DNA of 64,000 bases from NCBI GenBank assembly GCA_964577305.1, contig CAZNYS010000005.1, positions 36,193 to 100,192 on the forward strand. Direction: 5' to 3'. This DNA comes from an uncultured Rikenellaceae bacterium (GTDB taxonomy: Bacteria > Bacteroidota > Bacteroidia > Bacteroidales > VadinHA17). Positions 16,593 through 27,455 of the stretch are shown here, one piece after another. Position numbers and translations under genes: made by a program. The number at the start of each line of letters is the position of its first letter. Positions within the stretch are counted from its first letter, which is position 1. The notes beneath the pieces were generated by a model. That model was not told the origin of the DNA and did not search any database. It saw only the letters and a list, made by a program, of their open reading frames with translations.

Positions 16593-18842
16593 TTACTCTT
16601 TAAAATTAACTGCTAATCTTTCACCTTTATATTCTACATTCTTTTCAATAGTACTATCTGAAATCACTTCAATTAATAAGCTTTTACTTATCCCGTGCTC
16701 GGTTTCATTGTTTGCATAAGGTTCTATGATTAAGATTTTATCATTATCATACCATTGAAATACAGTCCGGAAAAACTCGCTATTTTTATAATCGTTGCTT
16801 ATTCCATCATCCTCATACATTTTAAATACTCCATCAGCACCTGTATATATTTTAATGGTTACAGGTTTATCACTGGGTTCGTCAACATATTGTCTGACAG
16901 GATCCAATGGTATTATACTTCCTGCCTTTACGAAAAGAGGAATAGTTGATAAATCTGCATATACATTAACATAAGTTTTACCGTAATACCTGCGTTTTGA
17001 CCAGAATCCGTACCATAAGCCTTCAGGTAGATAAACATCTCTGTTAACTGCGCCTTCCCTGGTTATCGGTGCAACTAATATATTCTCTCCCCATAGATAT
17101 TCATCCTCACATTTAACTGCATATGGATCATCAGGATAATGTAACCATAAAGCCCTCATGATTGGTAAGCCGGTATCATAATTCTCCCTGGCCGCTGAGT
17201 ATACATAAGGAATCAAACGATATCGCAATTCAAGATATTTCTTACATATTGGTTCAATTTTTTCATTCAATAATTTACTTGAGTCAGGAGCAGTAGATCC
17301 CGTGTGGGTAGGCACTACCTCATTGGGGCCCATATCCCCAGTGCTCCATCCCCATGGCCTGTGAAGGTACCATAACCTTCCATGGGATCTGAATAACGGA
17401 GTGAAAGCTGCAAACTGGAACCAGCGAGCATATAATTCTCCGGAATACTCTGACGTTGGTGTAAACCCGCCTATGTCAGTCCCCCAGTAGGGTGAAGCGC
17501 TGAGAGAAGCATTAATACCTACAGCTACGTGTGCCTTTAATGTAGCCCATAATGAAAAAACATCTCCCGACCATATCCAACCACCGAATTTCTGCATGCC
17601 TGCATAACCCGTTCTGTGTAAACTGAATGGGCGTATATCAGGTTGTTCAAGTAATGATCCCTCATAATAGATCATATGTCTTGTAAGCCTGCCATCAACT
17701 GGAAGACCATCACCATCATCAGGCCACCATCCTTCTATACCTGTACTCAATACTTCCTTGTGCATCTGCCAGTAATTATATGCATAATCCATCCCTTTAT
17801 CAGTTTCTGGAGGTTTCATTTCTCCATGTAATGAATTAGGAGCTCTGTTAACATGCAGGACAATCTTAAAATTATCCTCATGCAAACGATCAATCATCTC
17901 CTGTGGTTTGTCAAATGCTTCAGGATTAAACTCTACTGTTCCATGTCCCTTATTCCAACCAATAGGGCAATATCCTGTCCCCAGATAAATAAGTGCATCA
18001 CATGGTAATTTTTTCGAGCGGAAAATTCTTGCTGTCTCCATTACTTCTTCAGGACCCCTTGCTAAAGTGCGATGACTCTGCATATATCCAAAAGCCCATT
18101 TAGGGGGCAGAGGAGCTCTTCCTGTAATAAGATTGTATTCAGATATCGCTCTTCCAGGATAATCTAGCCTAGTTATAAACAAATCAATTGGTAAGGTGCT
18201 TTCCTTATCCATCTTTGAATTTTCACGGGGTATATATAATCCTTCTTCATTTCTTAGGTCAAAACTTCCACTATAAGGACGATGGAAAAAGATAGAAGAT
18301 CCTTCTGTATCTATAAGGAAAGGTACCGGTATTTTTGAACCCCAGATTTGATATTCATGTGCCCGGTGTCCCTTATCCATAGATTCATAACTGCCATTTT
18401 TGTTAAGTTTCTGGCCACCACTTCCAAGCCCGTATATTGGTTTATTGCTTTTTAGGAATTTTACAACACCTTCTTCTGTTATGGTAATTCTCTGGAATTC
18501 CTTACCTGAACTATCATATAATGATACTAAGACAGGATTATTACTTATTCTACCAGTAAAAACCCCAATTCTGAAGGTTTTTGCTTCATCGTTGAGGGTT
18601 TTTGCTTTGAATTCAGGACCAGCCCATTTCTGTTTTCCCAATACAAGATCCTGCTTCAATGGTATTACATTACCAGATATATCCATCGGCAAGAATGTCA
18701 TACGAATACTATAATCACTTATAGCTGTAATGGACAATTCAAGATTTTCGTCCATAATCTTAATAGGATTCTGAGCTGATATATTTTGTACTAGCAATAT
18801 TAATAATGCAATAAATGAATGCAATCTCTTTATTGTTATCAT
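16593..18842 (-). CDS. Glycoside hydrolase family 31 (second, diverged paralog)
   Basis: KWAFGYMQSHRT, GWWPDDGDG, GTDIGGF, RSHG; signal peptide. Confidence 0.8.
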   Translation of the reverse strand: MITIKRLHSFIALLILLVQNISAQNPIKIMDENLELSITAISDYSIRMTFLPMDISGNVIPLKQDLVLGKQKWAGPEFKAKTLNDEAKTFRIGVFTGRISNNPVLVSLYDSSGKEFQRITITEEGVVKFLKSNKPIYGLGSGGQKLNKNGSYESMDKGHRAHEYQIWGSKIPVPFLIDTEGSSIFFHRPYSGSFDLRNEEGLYIPRENSKMDKESTLPIDLFITRLDYPGRAISEYNLITGRAPLPPKWAFGYMQSHRTLARGPEEVMETARIFRSKKLPCDALIYLGTGYCPIGWNKGHGTVEFNPEAFDKPQEMIDRLHEDNFKIVLHVNRAPNSLHGEMKPPETDKGMDYAYNYWQMHKEVLSTGIEGWWPDDGDGLPVDGRLTRHMIYYEGSLLEQPDIRPFSLHRTGYAGMQKFGGWIWSGDVFSLWATLKAHVAVGINASLSASPYWGTDIGGFTPTSEYSGELYARWFQFAAFTPLFRSHGRLWYLHRPWGWSTGDMGPNEVVPTHTGSTAPDSSKLLNEKIEPICKKYLELRYRLIPYVYSAARENYDTGLPIMRALWLHYPDDPYAVKCEDEYLWGENILVAPITREGAVNRDVYLPEGLWYGFWSKRRYYGKTYVNVYADLSTIPLFVKAGSIIPLDPVRQYVDEPSDKPVTIKIYTGADGVFKMYEDDGISNDYKNSEFFRTVFQWYDNDKILIIEPYANNETEHGISKSLLIEVISDSTIEKNVEYKGERLAVNFKE

Positions 18843-18864
18843 TGCTTTCTATTTTAAGAAATAG

Positions 18865-18900
18865 CGAAAACCTGGCCCAATTGAAATACTGGACCAGGTT
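18865..18900 (-). terminator. Hairpin with T-run after the SusD-like gene (minus-strand orientation)
   Basis: aacctgg...ccaggtt stem (18869..18900). On the minus strand it is followed by tttt. Confidence 0.45.
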
Positions 18901-18912
18901 CATTATTAACAT

Positions 18913-20529
18913 TTAGTAACCCGGATTTTGTGTTAAATTAGGATTTTTATTCAATTCATCTTCAGGAATCGGGAAAAGACTCCTGTGATCACCATTAGGA
19001 CGGTGTGATAACCATGATTTTGTTGTAAAAACCTCGAATCTTATCATATCCTGCCTGCGACGGGCTTCCTGTGCAAACTCCCATCCTAATTCATCCAGAA
19101 ACCTTCCGAATAATACATCTTCCCCTCCTTCAATCTCAACTAAGACTCCTTCTTCTACATAACCATAATTATAAGAGCTTCCCTGCATTAAATCTTCACC
19201 GGTAACAACAGCCTTTGAAGGGTTGTCTTTAAATGCTCTTTCCCTTACCTGGGTAACCAAAGCAGCTGCATCATCAGCAAGTCCTGTCCTCAATAAGCAT
19301 TCTGCTTTCATCATAAGAATATCTCCGTATCTGAATACAGGAACATCATTGCTTAAATGAGCATCAGCTCCCATTTTAAACTCAAATTTTCCCAAACGGT
19401 AACCTTCCATTTCACCTGCCTCGAATATCCCCCTGAGTTCATTCTTAAACTGAAGAGGAGTAACATTATCGAGCATTGAACGGATTGTATCACCACTTGT
19501 TGAAATCATATAACCTGATATCCAGCTATCTTCAAGTCTGGTGTCATCAGGATCATACGTATCAATAAACTGAGGAATACCACAACTGCCTCCATATCCC
19601 CATGGTGGTGCTTTGAAATTCCACACTGACTGAGTGGAGCTTGGTAGTGTTTTTAAATGGGTTCGAAAGTTCATTCCATAAATTTCATCAAAAGGAACAG
19701 TAAAAATCAATTCGCATGAATTTTGGTTCTCGGTAATAAAACAATCACTAAAATTATTTTCAAGCTGATAGGCATCTGAGGCGATTATATCATTACACTC
19801 TGAAATACATTCAGCCCACTTAGCATTACCGGTATATACTTCAGCATTGAGATACATTTTTGCCAGCAATGCCTTGGCAGCCCATTTATTCCAACGCGCA
19901 TAAGTCACAGGACTAACCTCCTCGGAAAGATAAATCAGACTTTCATTAATCTGGCTTACAATAAAATCAAAAACCTCAGTTCTGGTATTTTGTTCAGGTA
20001 AATATCCTTCTTCTATATCGTACATTGTGGTAACCGGAATGTTCCCAAACGCGTCACATAAAATATACAAATAAAATGCTCTTGCTACTTTCAATTCGGA
20101 TAGGGCTGAATTACTTAATTCCTCATTAAGGGGAATAATACCTTCTTCAATCTGATAAATAGCCCTGTTGCAGTTTGTTATTCCCATGTAACATCTGTCC
20201 CATAGGCCGTTTGTATGGCTCTGTAGTGATGTCCAGGTATGCTCATGCATTCTTTGGTAAACACCACCATCATACCATCCTCTGGGTCGTGAACAGGTTG
20301 CAACTTCATCAGAACATTCTTCCATTGTATCGAAATAGCCATGCCATCCATGGTATACATCTCTCAGAGTAGAGTATGCAGGTCCCATTAGAGATGGTAA
20401 GTCTTTAGCCTCAGGAGTAAACTGCTCTGCTGTCAAATCAGAAAACACTTCCTCACTCAAATCAGTACATGAACTCATAGTTATTATGAGTACAGCTACT
20501 GTAAGAATAATATATTTAATAGATTTCAT
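18913..20529 (-). CDS. SusD/RagB family nutrient-binding outer-membrane lipoprotein
   Basis: 538 aa; lipobox (ITMSSCT); TPR-like helical SusD features; immediately downstream of the SusC-like gene. Confidence 0.85.
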   Translation of the reverse strand: MKSIKYIILTVAVLIITMSSCTDLSEEVFSDLTAEQFTPEAKDLPSLMGPAYSTLRDVYHGWHGYFDTMEECSDEVATCSRPRGWYDGGVYQRMHEHTWTSLQSHTNGLWDRCYMGITNCNRAIYQIEEGIIPLNEELSNSALSELKVARAFYLYILCDAFGNIPVTTMYDIEEGYLPEQNTRTEVFDFIVSQINESLIYLSEEVSPVTYARWNKWAAKALLAKMYLNAEVYTGNAKWAECISECNDIIASDAYQLENNFSDCFITENQNSCELIFTVPFDEIYGMNFRTHLKTLPSSTQSVWNFKAPPWGYGGSCGIPQFIDTYDPDDTRLEDSWISGYMISTSGDTIRSMLDNVTPLQFKNELRGIFEAGEMEGYRLGKFEFKMGADAHLSNDVPVFRYGDILMMKAECLLRTGLADDAAALVTQVRERAFKDNPSKAVVTGEDLMQGSSYNYGYVEEGVLVEIEGGEDVLFGRFLDELGWEFAQEARRRQDMIRFEVFTTKSWLSHRPNGDHRSLFPIPEDELNKNPNLTQNPGY

Positions 20530-20552
20530 TTTTATAATAGTTTTATTAGCGA

Positions 20553-23500
20553 TTAAAAAGTAATATTAAATCCAAGAGTATAAGTTCTTGTTGTAGGATA
20601 TTTATCGAGTGGGTCATTCCCTGGAGAAAGGCCATTTCTATTTACTTCCGGGTCAATTCCTGAATAACCTGTAAAGGTCATTAGGTTGAGAACCGATACG
20701 TATATATTTGCGTTTTTAATGAAACTTATTGATTTAACATTAAAATCATAGCCAAGTGTTACGTTATCTATTTTCCAGTAATCGCCATCTTCAATATAAT
20801 AGCTAGTATAATCCTGAATATCTGCCAGCCTGACTTTGCCAAAAACCAGATCTAAACCTGATTTAAGATTATTATAATTTGAAAGTGCAGCTGGATTTTC
20901 AAAAAACATCCTTTGGAAATTAAGGATTTGGAATCCAAAGGCACCCCTCATGTTAATTTCAAGCTCAAAGTTCTTATATTTAAATTTATTATTCCAACTG
21001 GCATAATGTTTCGGCAAACCATTACCTAAAACCTGCATGTCATCAGGTGTTTTATCGGCACTGGCAACAAGCTCACCGTCAGAATTTTCGATTATCCAAT
21101 AACCATCTTCATCAATATCAACAACCTTCCACCCCCAAAAATTTCCAATTGGTTCTCCTACCTTAACCCTATGGGTGCTTGCTTGAATTGGTGGCGTTGT
21201 ATATCCGGTATCGAAGAAATCATTTGTTGTCTCATAGAGATCATTACTTAAAGAAATAAGCTTATTCTTATTAGTTGAGTAGGTAATTAAGGATACCCAT
21301 TCAAAATTCATTGTCTTTACGGGAATTATTTTCAACATAGACTCAATACCCCTGTTTTCAATTTGTCCTACGTTAGCAATAATTGAGCTATAAAGATATG
21401 GAGGTGTAGGCACCTGGTAATTCCATAGCATGTCCTTGGTTAATCTATAGTAATAATCAAGAGTAAAATTGATCTTGCTATTCAAAAATACCATATCCAC
21501 CCCAATATTCGTTTCTACTTTTTTCTCCCACCTTAGGTCTGGATTAGGATTACTCGCAGGTGTAATCTCTTTTATCCATTCACCGTTAACCAAAACATTG
21601 CTTCCATAGGAGAGCCGTGTTAAAGATAAGTAGGGATCTGTTGGAATAGTCCCTGTAACTCCGTATCCGGCTCTTAGTTTCAGGTCATCAAACAGATTTA
21701 CATTTTCCATAAAGGACTCTTCCGTTAAGCGCCATCCAAATGATATTGCAGGAAACATTCCCCATTTATGATTCTCGCCAAATTTTGAAGATCCTTCATA
21801 CCTTAAGCTAGCGAGTAATAAATATTTATCTTTATAATTATAATTCAACCTGCCAAAAAACCCCACAAGCTTTGATAAGCTGCGATAACTATCCATATCA
21901 GCTTTCCCGACCAGTAATGCCCCGCCTAATTCAAGGTTATCAAATGTGAATTCATCAGCAGGGAAATCATAATTTGAAGCCTCAAATTGCTCATACAAAT
22001 ATTCTTGGTAACTATATCCTCCCAACAAAGATATTCTGTGATTGTCAATTATCTTGTTATATTCAGTAGTAAATTCAAGTAGGTTTTCATTATGATTCCT
22101 GTAATCACGTGAGGCATAACCAGTCTGGCCAAGATTCAGGGATTCTGGATTTTCGGAAGTTCTGTAGAATGCTCTTTCCTGGTCCCTTTGATATCTGGAG
22201 AGCAGTAATTTTGATTCTAAACCAGTAAAAGGTCTAAGCGATATACTGCCATAAAATCTCATAACCCTTGCCTTGCTGTAACCAGTAGCCTCTTCCAACA
22301 AGGATACAGGATTGTCATACATATATATTCCACGATTGATCCAGTTGCCGTCATCATCCTTTACTCTGTCAGTTGGATTCCTCCTTATCGCCTGGTTATA
22401 AGCATAACTATTAAAGCTTCCTCCTCCTGTTGTACCTGGATGTTCTTCAAATTTACCATTGAACCCGGCATTTATCCTTAAAACATTATCGAACATAGAA
22501 TGATTAATGTCCAGTCTGCCGTTTAATTGATTAACTCCGGATTTAATGAATATCCCCTGGTCGCTTCTGGTATTAACAGATGCTATATAGTTCGATGTAT
22601 TACTACCTCCTTTAAGAGAGAAGTTATTCATATAACTTACAGGATGGTCTCTCATTATTGCATCAATCCAATCTGTACTATATCCATGATCTATCAAAGA
22701 CATGCCCTCCTCGGAATTTAATCTTCTATAGTCTTCAGCATCAAGTAATTCTGGTTTGCGTGCAATCGTTTGAAAGTTTACATAACCATTGTATTCAATT
22801 GTCGTTGGTGTTACACCCCTGACCTTCTTTGTCGTGATCAGGATCACTCCATTTGTTCCACGGGTTCCGTAAATTGCGGCTGCAGAACCATCTTTTAATA
22901 CATCAATAGATTCAATATCCTGGGGAGCAACAGTATTGAGTTCACCCGGGATACCATCAATGAGTACCAGTGGTGATGTACTTGAAAAGATAGATGTAAT
23001 TCCCCTAAGCATGATCTGTGAATCATCTGTCGGATCTCCACTTGGACTGGTGATCGATAAACCGGCAACTTTGCCCTGAATTAGTTGTCCGGCATCTTTT
23101 ACAGTTCCTACATTAAAGTCCTCCGCTTTAACACTTGATATTGCCGTAGTAACTTCTTCTTTCTTCAAAGTTCCATAACCAATTACTACTATTTCATCAA
23201 TCCCCAGAACATCCTCTTCCATGGTTAGATTAATTACTGACTGATTTCCAATTTCTACACGAATTGTTTTCATTCCTACAAAAGAAAAAACCAGGTATTG
23301 TGAAGTATTATCTACCTCGATAGAGTATGTACCATCCGAGTTGGTGTTAACCCCCGTTAAAGTACCTTCAACAGTAATTGTTACTCCCGGTATGGGAGTA
23401 CCATCCACTCCTGTTACTGTTCCTGTTATCATGCGACTTTGGGCTGAAACAATGCTAATTGAACACATGATAATTAATGTGAATAGCACTATGCGTTTAC

Positions 23501-23561
23501 AGGCTTTTTGAAGCCATTCTTTATAGTAGCTATTACTGCGATAAAATCTAAAATTTGTCAT
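20553..23561 (-). CDS. SusC-like TonB-dependent outer-membrane receptor
   Basis: 1002 aa. CarboxypepD_reg N-terminus (ITGTVTGVDGTPIPGVTITVEG), plug (IESIDVLKDGSAAAIYGTRGTNGVILITTKK), C-terminal barrel ending in F. Confidence 0.9.
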   Translation of the reverse strand: MTNFRFYRSNSYYKEWLQKACKRIVLFTLIIMCSISIVSAQSRMITGTVTGVDGTPIPGVTITVEGTLTGVNTNSDGTYSIEVDNTSQYLVFSFVGMKTIRVEIGNQSVINLTMEEDVLGIDEIVVIGYGTLKKEEVTTAISSVKAEDFNVGTVKDAGQLIQGKVAGLSITSPSGDPTDDSQIMLRGITSIFSSTSPLVLIDGIPGELNTVAPQDIESIDVLKDGSAAAIYGTRGTNGVILITTKKVRGVTPTTIEYNGYVNFQTIARKPELLDAEDYRRLNSEEGMSLIDHGYSTDWIDAIMRDHPVSYMNNFSLKGGSNTSNYIASVNTRSDQGIFIKSGVNQLNGRLDINHSMFDNVLRINAGFNGKFEEHPGTTGGGSFNSYAYNQAIRRNPTDRVKDDDGNWINRGIYMYDNPVSLLEEATGYSKARVMRFYGSISLRPFTGLESKLLLSRYQRDQERAFYRTSENPESLNLGQTGYASRDYRNHNENLLEFTTEYNKIIDNHRISLLGGYSYQEYLYEQFEASNYDFPADEFTFDNLELGGALLVGKADMDSYRSLSKLVGFFGRLNYNYKDKYLLLASLRYEGSSKFGENHKWGMFPAISFGWRLTEESFMENVNLFDDLKLRAGYGVTGTIPTDPYLSLTRLSYGSNVLVNGEWIKEITPASNPNPDLRWEKKVETNIGVDMVFLNSKINFTLDYYYRLTKDMLWNYQVPTPPYLYSSIIANVGQIENRGIESMLKIIPVKTMNFEWVSLITYSTNKNKLISLSNDLYETTNDFFDTGYTTPPIQASTHRVKVGEPIGNFWGWKVVDIDEDGYWIIENSDGELVASADKTPDDMQVLGNGLPKHYASWNNKFKYKNFELEINMRGAFGFQILNFQRMFFENPAALSNYNNLKSGLDLVFGKVRLADIQDYTSYYIEDGDYWKIDNVTLGYDFNVKSISFIKNANIYVSVLNLMTFTGYSGIDPEVNRNGLSPGNDPLDKYPTTRTYTLGFNITF

Positions 23562-23905
23562 AAATTATTTAATTAGGTTTAGTAATAAGATTGATTATAA
23601 AAAGTCATTGAATCACATATTTTTATTATACTTATTAATTTGACATAGCTTAAATAAACCTTGTTGAATTATATGAATCCCCTTTCCTTATTGGGTACAA
23701 TTTAAAATAATATATTGATAATTCAAAATATTATTACATGAAATAATTAATGTTTTTGGTATATCAGGTTATGTGAAGTTATGCAGTCAGAAATTCAAGA
23801 GATTAAATATCAATTTATTATAATTTGTATTATATTTAATATAAAATTAGTCCTGGAAAATGGTGCTGAATTCATGAGAAAAACTTTCTTGAAATATAAT
23901 AAACA

Positions 23906-25246
23906 TTAGTTCATCAAAGAAGGCAATGCAGTGGTAATAAAGGGCACATAGGTTATCATCAGTTGGACAACAACCATAATCAGCAAGAATCGTAAGACAT
24001 AAGGCACCATTGAGGAGATACTTGTCCTGCCAACAGCACTGGCTACAAAAAGTGTAGTTCCCACGGGTGGAGTAACCAATCCTATTATCATGTTTGCAAC
24101 AACCATCACTCCGAAATGAACAGCGGCTAGACCCGTATCCATTCCTATTGCTGCGCTGATAGGAAGAAGAACCGGCACAACTATTAATAAACCAGGTGCA
24201 ACATCTATGAACATTCCAAAAATCAATAAGAATATATTGAGAAAGATTAGCACCAGTATTTTCCTGAGAAGGAAGAATGTATCTTGGGAAATGTCCGTGG
24301 TAAATGTATGAATTATTGCATCGCATGTACCCAGCAGGCCGTTTGTAATAATCTCCGGGGCTTTACCGATACCCAGTGTCCATGCGAATAGACTTGCAAC
24401 TGCCAGGAGGAAACTTAAAGCAGCAGTAGTTTTTGCTGCAGAAACAAATAACCTTGGTAAATCTTTAATTTTTAATTGCTTATAAAGGAAAAGACTTATT
24501 ATGAGCGCATATACAACTGCAACAGCAGAAGCTTCTGTTGCAGTAAAAATGCCACCCATTATCCCACCAAAAATAATTACTGCCAGGAAAAGTGCCGGTA
24601 ATGATTTACGGGTACTTTTCAACTTTTCACCTAAAGTGGATTTCTTTTCAATACTTACTGAAAATTTTCTCCCTATGAATTTGCTTACACCCATTAAACC
24701 CAATCCAATAAGAATTCCAGGACCTACACCTGCAATAAATAGTTTCTCAATTGACACATTAGCAGTTGTTCCGTAAATAAGAAGCGGGATACTTGGCGGT
24801 ATTAATGCTCCTGTAGTACCTGCACAGGCAGCCAGTGCTGTTGAATATGGCCGGGAGTATCCGTTCTTTTCCAGGGCAGGGATCATCATACCCCCAATAG
24901 CAGCACATGTTGCTGCAGAAGCTCCTGATACTGCTCCGAACATCTGGGATGATACAACTGTTACAACCGGTAAGCCTGAACGTTTGTGTCCCAGGTAAGA
25001 TTTTACAAAATCTATGAGTTTCTGGGATAATCCACCCTGGCTCATGATCTCACCTGCCAGGATAAAAAATGGTACCGCAAGAAAGGCATAGAAATTTGAT
25101 AATGACCTCGATGTTTCCAGTGCGATCATTAATGGGTCTATACCGATATATAAAAGGGCAGCCAGTGATGACAATAACATGCAATATGCTATAGGGACAT
25201 TCAGAAAAAGAAGTATAATGAATACTATTACAAGTATTAATATCAT
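23906..25246 (-). CDS. dctM: TRAP transporter large permease subunit (DctM family)
   Basis: The start is taken as the internal Met (MILILVIVFIILLF) at 25246, 1 nt after the dctQ stop; the track start at 25381 would overlap dctQ. Polytopic, about 446 aa. Confidence 0.8.
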   Translation of the reverse strand: MILILVIVFIILLFLNVPIAYCMLLSSLAALLYIGIDPLMIALETSRSLSNFYAFLAVPFFILAGEIMSQGGLSQKLIDFVKSYLGHKRSGLPVVTVVSSQMFGAVSGASAATCAAIGGMMIPALEKNGYSRPYSTALAACAGTTGALIPPSIPLLIYGTTANVSIEKLFIAGVGPGILIGLGLMGVSKFIGRKFSVSIEKKSTLGEKLKSTRKSLPALFLAVIIFGGIMGGIFTATEASAVAVVYALIISLFLYKQLKIKDLPRLFVSAAKTTAALSFLLAVASLFAWTLGIGKAPEIITNGLLGTCDAIIHTFTTDISQDTFFLLRKILVLIFLNIFLLIFGMFIDVAPGLLIVVPVLLPISAAIGMDTGLAAVHFGVMVVANMIIGLVTPPVGTTLFVASAVGRTSISSMVPYVLRFLLIMVVVQLMITYVPFITTALPSLMN

Positions 25247-25247
25247 A

Positions 25248-25700
25248 TTATATTGATTTAACTGTTTGCAGGAAATCCCTTGCTCCATAAATAAGCATAA
25301 AAATGCAGCCTGCCGGACAAGCTCCATATACCAGTGCACGACTAACCTCCATAGCCGGCATAATCCAACTTCGTATTCCAATCGTAACTTCAGTACTGAA
25401 AAAGAGAAGAAGCACTATAGCTGACAGGCCTATTGCCTTACTTATAAGCATAAACGTTATCAAGGCTTTCCCTTTCAGCTTTCTGGAGAGATAATCAAAA
25501 ACATAATGTGCATTTTCCCTCACAGCAACAGCTGCACCAAGGAAAGTCAGCCATACCATCAATACCTGTACTAATTCATCTGCCCAGTAAATGGAAAACT
25601 TAAGAATAAATCTGCAGAATACGTTTGTCGCCATTGTAAGTGACATCACAGCAAGTATAATGAACAAAAGATAATCTAGTGTTTTATCGATAATTTTCAT
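25248..25700 (-). CDS. dctQ: TRAP transporter small permease subunit (DctQ family)
   Basis: 150 aa, four hydrophobic helices, positioned between the DctP and DctM genes. Confidence 0.75.
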   Translation of the reverse strand: MKIIDKTLDYLLFIILAVMSLTMATNVFCRFILKFSIYWADELVQVLMVWLTFLGAAVAVRENAHYVFDYLSRKLKGKALITFMLISKAIGLSAIVLLLFFSTEVTIGIRSWIMPAMEVSRALVYGACPAGCIFMLIYGARDFLQTVKSI

Positions 25701-25724
25701 GTTTCTTATATCCTGTATGGTATT

Positions 25725-26795
25725 TCACTTTTTATCATAATTAAGATAATCACCTGCCTGTGATTTAATTTCTTCAAGCAACTCTAATGGAAGTTCCGGA
25801 TTTTCTGACAAATACTCATCAACAAACCTATCTGCTCTTTCAATAAAGGGCTTTTTATCTTCAATAGCATTTACAACAACATTATTTTGTATCATCTCTT
25901 CAAGGGAATGTTTGGTTGTCTCCGTCCAGATATTGTCAAATAATGGTATGATTATCTGAGATACCTCATTTATCCTGTCCCTATATTTCTTATCCAGTGA
26001 ATTGAACCACTTCTCATTTACAACTAGGATATGCTGGTTCGCAAAATGTTCTGTAAGCGTGAAGCAATTACATCCTGTTTCATAATATTTATAAGAGATA
26101 AATATCCTGGCACTGTTCTCAGCTCCGTCAACTACTCCGGTTTTAAGTCCCTGGAAAAGCTCAGAATGCGGTATTGGTGTTGCCGTGGCTCCAAGTGCAT
26201 TGATTGAATTTATCATAACCGGGCTTTCCATAACACGGATTTTCATTCCCTTCAGGTCATCAGGTGTTTGAATACAACCCTTCCCTTCCTTTTGTTTATA
26301 GAACATATTTCGGAATCCTGTACTGTAAAACCCTAGGCCTAAAAGTTTCTTGGCCCTTAATCTATCAAGAAATTTTCTTCCCGTATCACCATAAAGAACT
26401 CTCTGATGATGTTCTTCGGTGATAAAAAGGTATGGAAGGTCAAGCAGACTAAATGCCGGGTCAATAGTGGTAATAACGGATGAGTTTATCTGTACCATTT
26501 CCACTATACCGAAATAACAGTTCTCCAGCAACTGCCTCTCGGTACCAATCATTCCCTGATCATAAAATACAACCTCAATTTCCCCTTCCTCGATGCCATG
26601 CTCTTTTGATTCTTTTTCAATCTCTTGCTTAAAAAGATTTGATACCTCCCATATCTTGCTGTCAAAATTAAGTTCAGTGGCCAGTCTGAATCTTAATTTT
26701 GGACCTGTCACTTTGGAATCATCAGTGCCTGTATTAATGTCTTTGCAACCAGCTAAAATCAGTATAACAAAAGATAAAAAAATAGTTCTTCCCAT
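25725..26795 (-). CDS. dctP: TRAP transporter periplasmic solute-binding protein (DctP family), lipoprotein
   Basis: 356 aa; lipobox LAGC; DctP-like length and context. Ligand unknown. Confidence 0.75.
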   Translation of the reverse strand: MGRTIFLSFVILILAGCKDINTGTDDSKVTGPKLRFRLATELNFDSKIWEVSNLFKQEIEKESKEHGIEEGEIEVVFYDQGMIGTERQLLENCYFGIVEMVQINSSVITTIDPAFSLLDLPYLFITEEHHQRVLYGDTGRKFLDRLRAKKLLGLGFYSTGFRNMFYKQKEGKGCIQTPDDLKGMKIRVMESPVMINSINALGATATPIPHSELFQGLKTGVVDGAENSARIFISYKYYETGCNCFTLTEHFANQHILVVNEKWFNSLDKKYRDRINEVSQIIIPLFDNIWTETTKHSLEEMIQNNVVVNAIEDKKPFIERADRFVDEYLSENPELPLELLEEIKSQAGDYLNYDKK

Positions 26796-26801
26796 ATTTA
26801 C

Positions 26802-27455
26802 CTACTCGCTTTCGATTACGGCTTTCATAGACCTTGCCATTGATTCCAGTATAATATAGCATGATGCAGCACCTGCATCAATAAAACCCAGAGACCTTTC
26901 TCCCAGTCTGGCTGACCGGCCCTTTTTTGCTATCATTTCTTTTGTTGAATTCATACCTTCTCTTGCTCCACTTGCCATATCACTGAGAACAACATCAAAG
27001 CTGTTTCCACTTTTTATGCTTTCTTCCAATGATACTGCAGCAGGCACTAGTGCATCAATAAGCGTTTTATCACCAGGGCTTGCACCACATATCTCTAAAG
27101 TTGATTCTATTGCTGCTTTTAGCATTTCATTGAAGGTTGAGGCAGTAATCCTGTCTTTATTCCTGGATTGCTCATAAAACGTTTCGAAAAAAGTTCCATA
27201 GATCGGACCCATCGCACCCCCTATCTCCATCAATAACACTTCTCCTATTATCCTGAAACCATCTGAAAGAGAAGTATCCTCATTTAGTTTCTGTTCTGCG
27301 AGTGCAAATCCCTTACTCATATTGACCCCATGATCTCCATCCCCAATCTGACCATCTAGTTCACTAAGGTATTGTCTATTTTTCCTGATAGAATTTATAA
27401 TATCCTTAATTACCTGGTATCCCTTTTTATTGTTAATCCATTCTGTTTTTCCCAT
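26802..27455 (-). CDS. dhaL: Dihydroxyacetone-kinase family, ADP/ATP-binding subunit DhaL
   Basis: DGQIGDGDHGVNM motif; 217 aa. Confidence 0.85.
   Translation of the reverse strand: MGKTEWINNKKGYQVIKDIINSIRKNRQYLSELDGQIGDGDHGVNMSKGFALAEQKLNEDTSLSDGFRIIGEVLLMEIGGAMGPIYGTFFETFYEQSRNKDRITASTFNEMLKAAIESTLEICGASPGDKTLIDALVPAAVSLEESIKSGNSFDVVLSDMASGAREGMNSTKEMIAKKGRSARLGERSLGFIDAGAASCYIILESMARSMKAVIESE

Noticed and set aside
23847-24326. Track ORFs lying antisense or out of frame within long genes (for example 23847..24326, 13664..14050, 12902..13222, 51950..52285, 4578..4868, 44909..45208)
   Set aside because: These are shadow ORFs inside confidently assigned genes. They have low-complexity or Cys/Arg-rich translations and no motifs.
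25246-25381. Extended DctM start at 25381 overlapping dctQ by 134 nt
   Set aside because: The N-terminal 45 residues are non-hydrophobic and overlap dctQ. The Met at 25246 starts the first TM helix and sits 1 nt after the dctQ stop.
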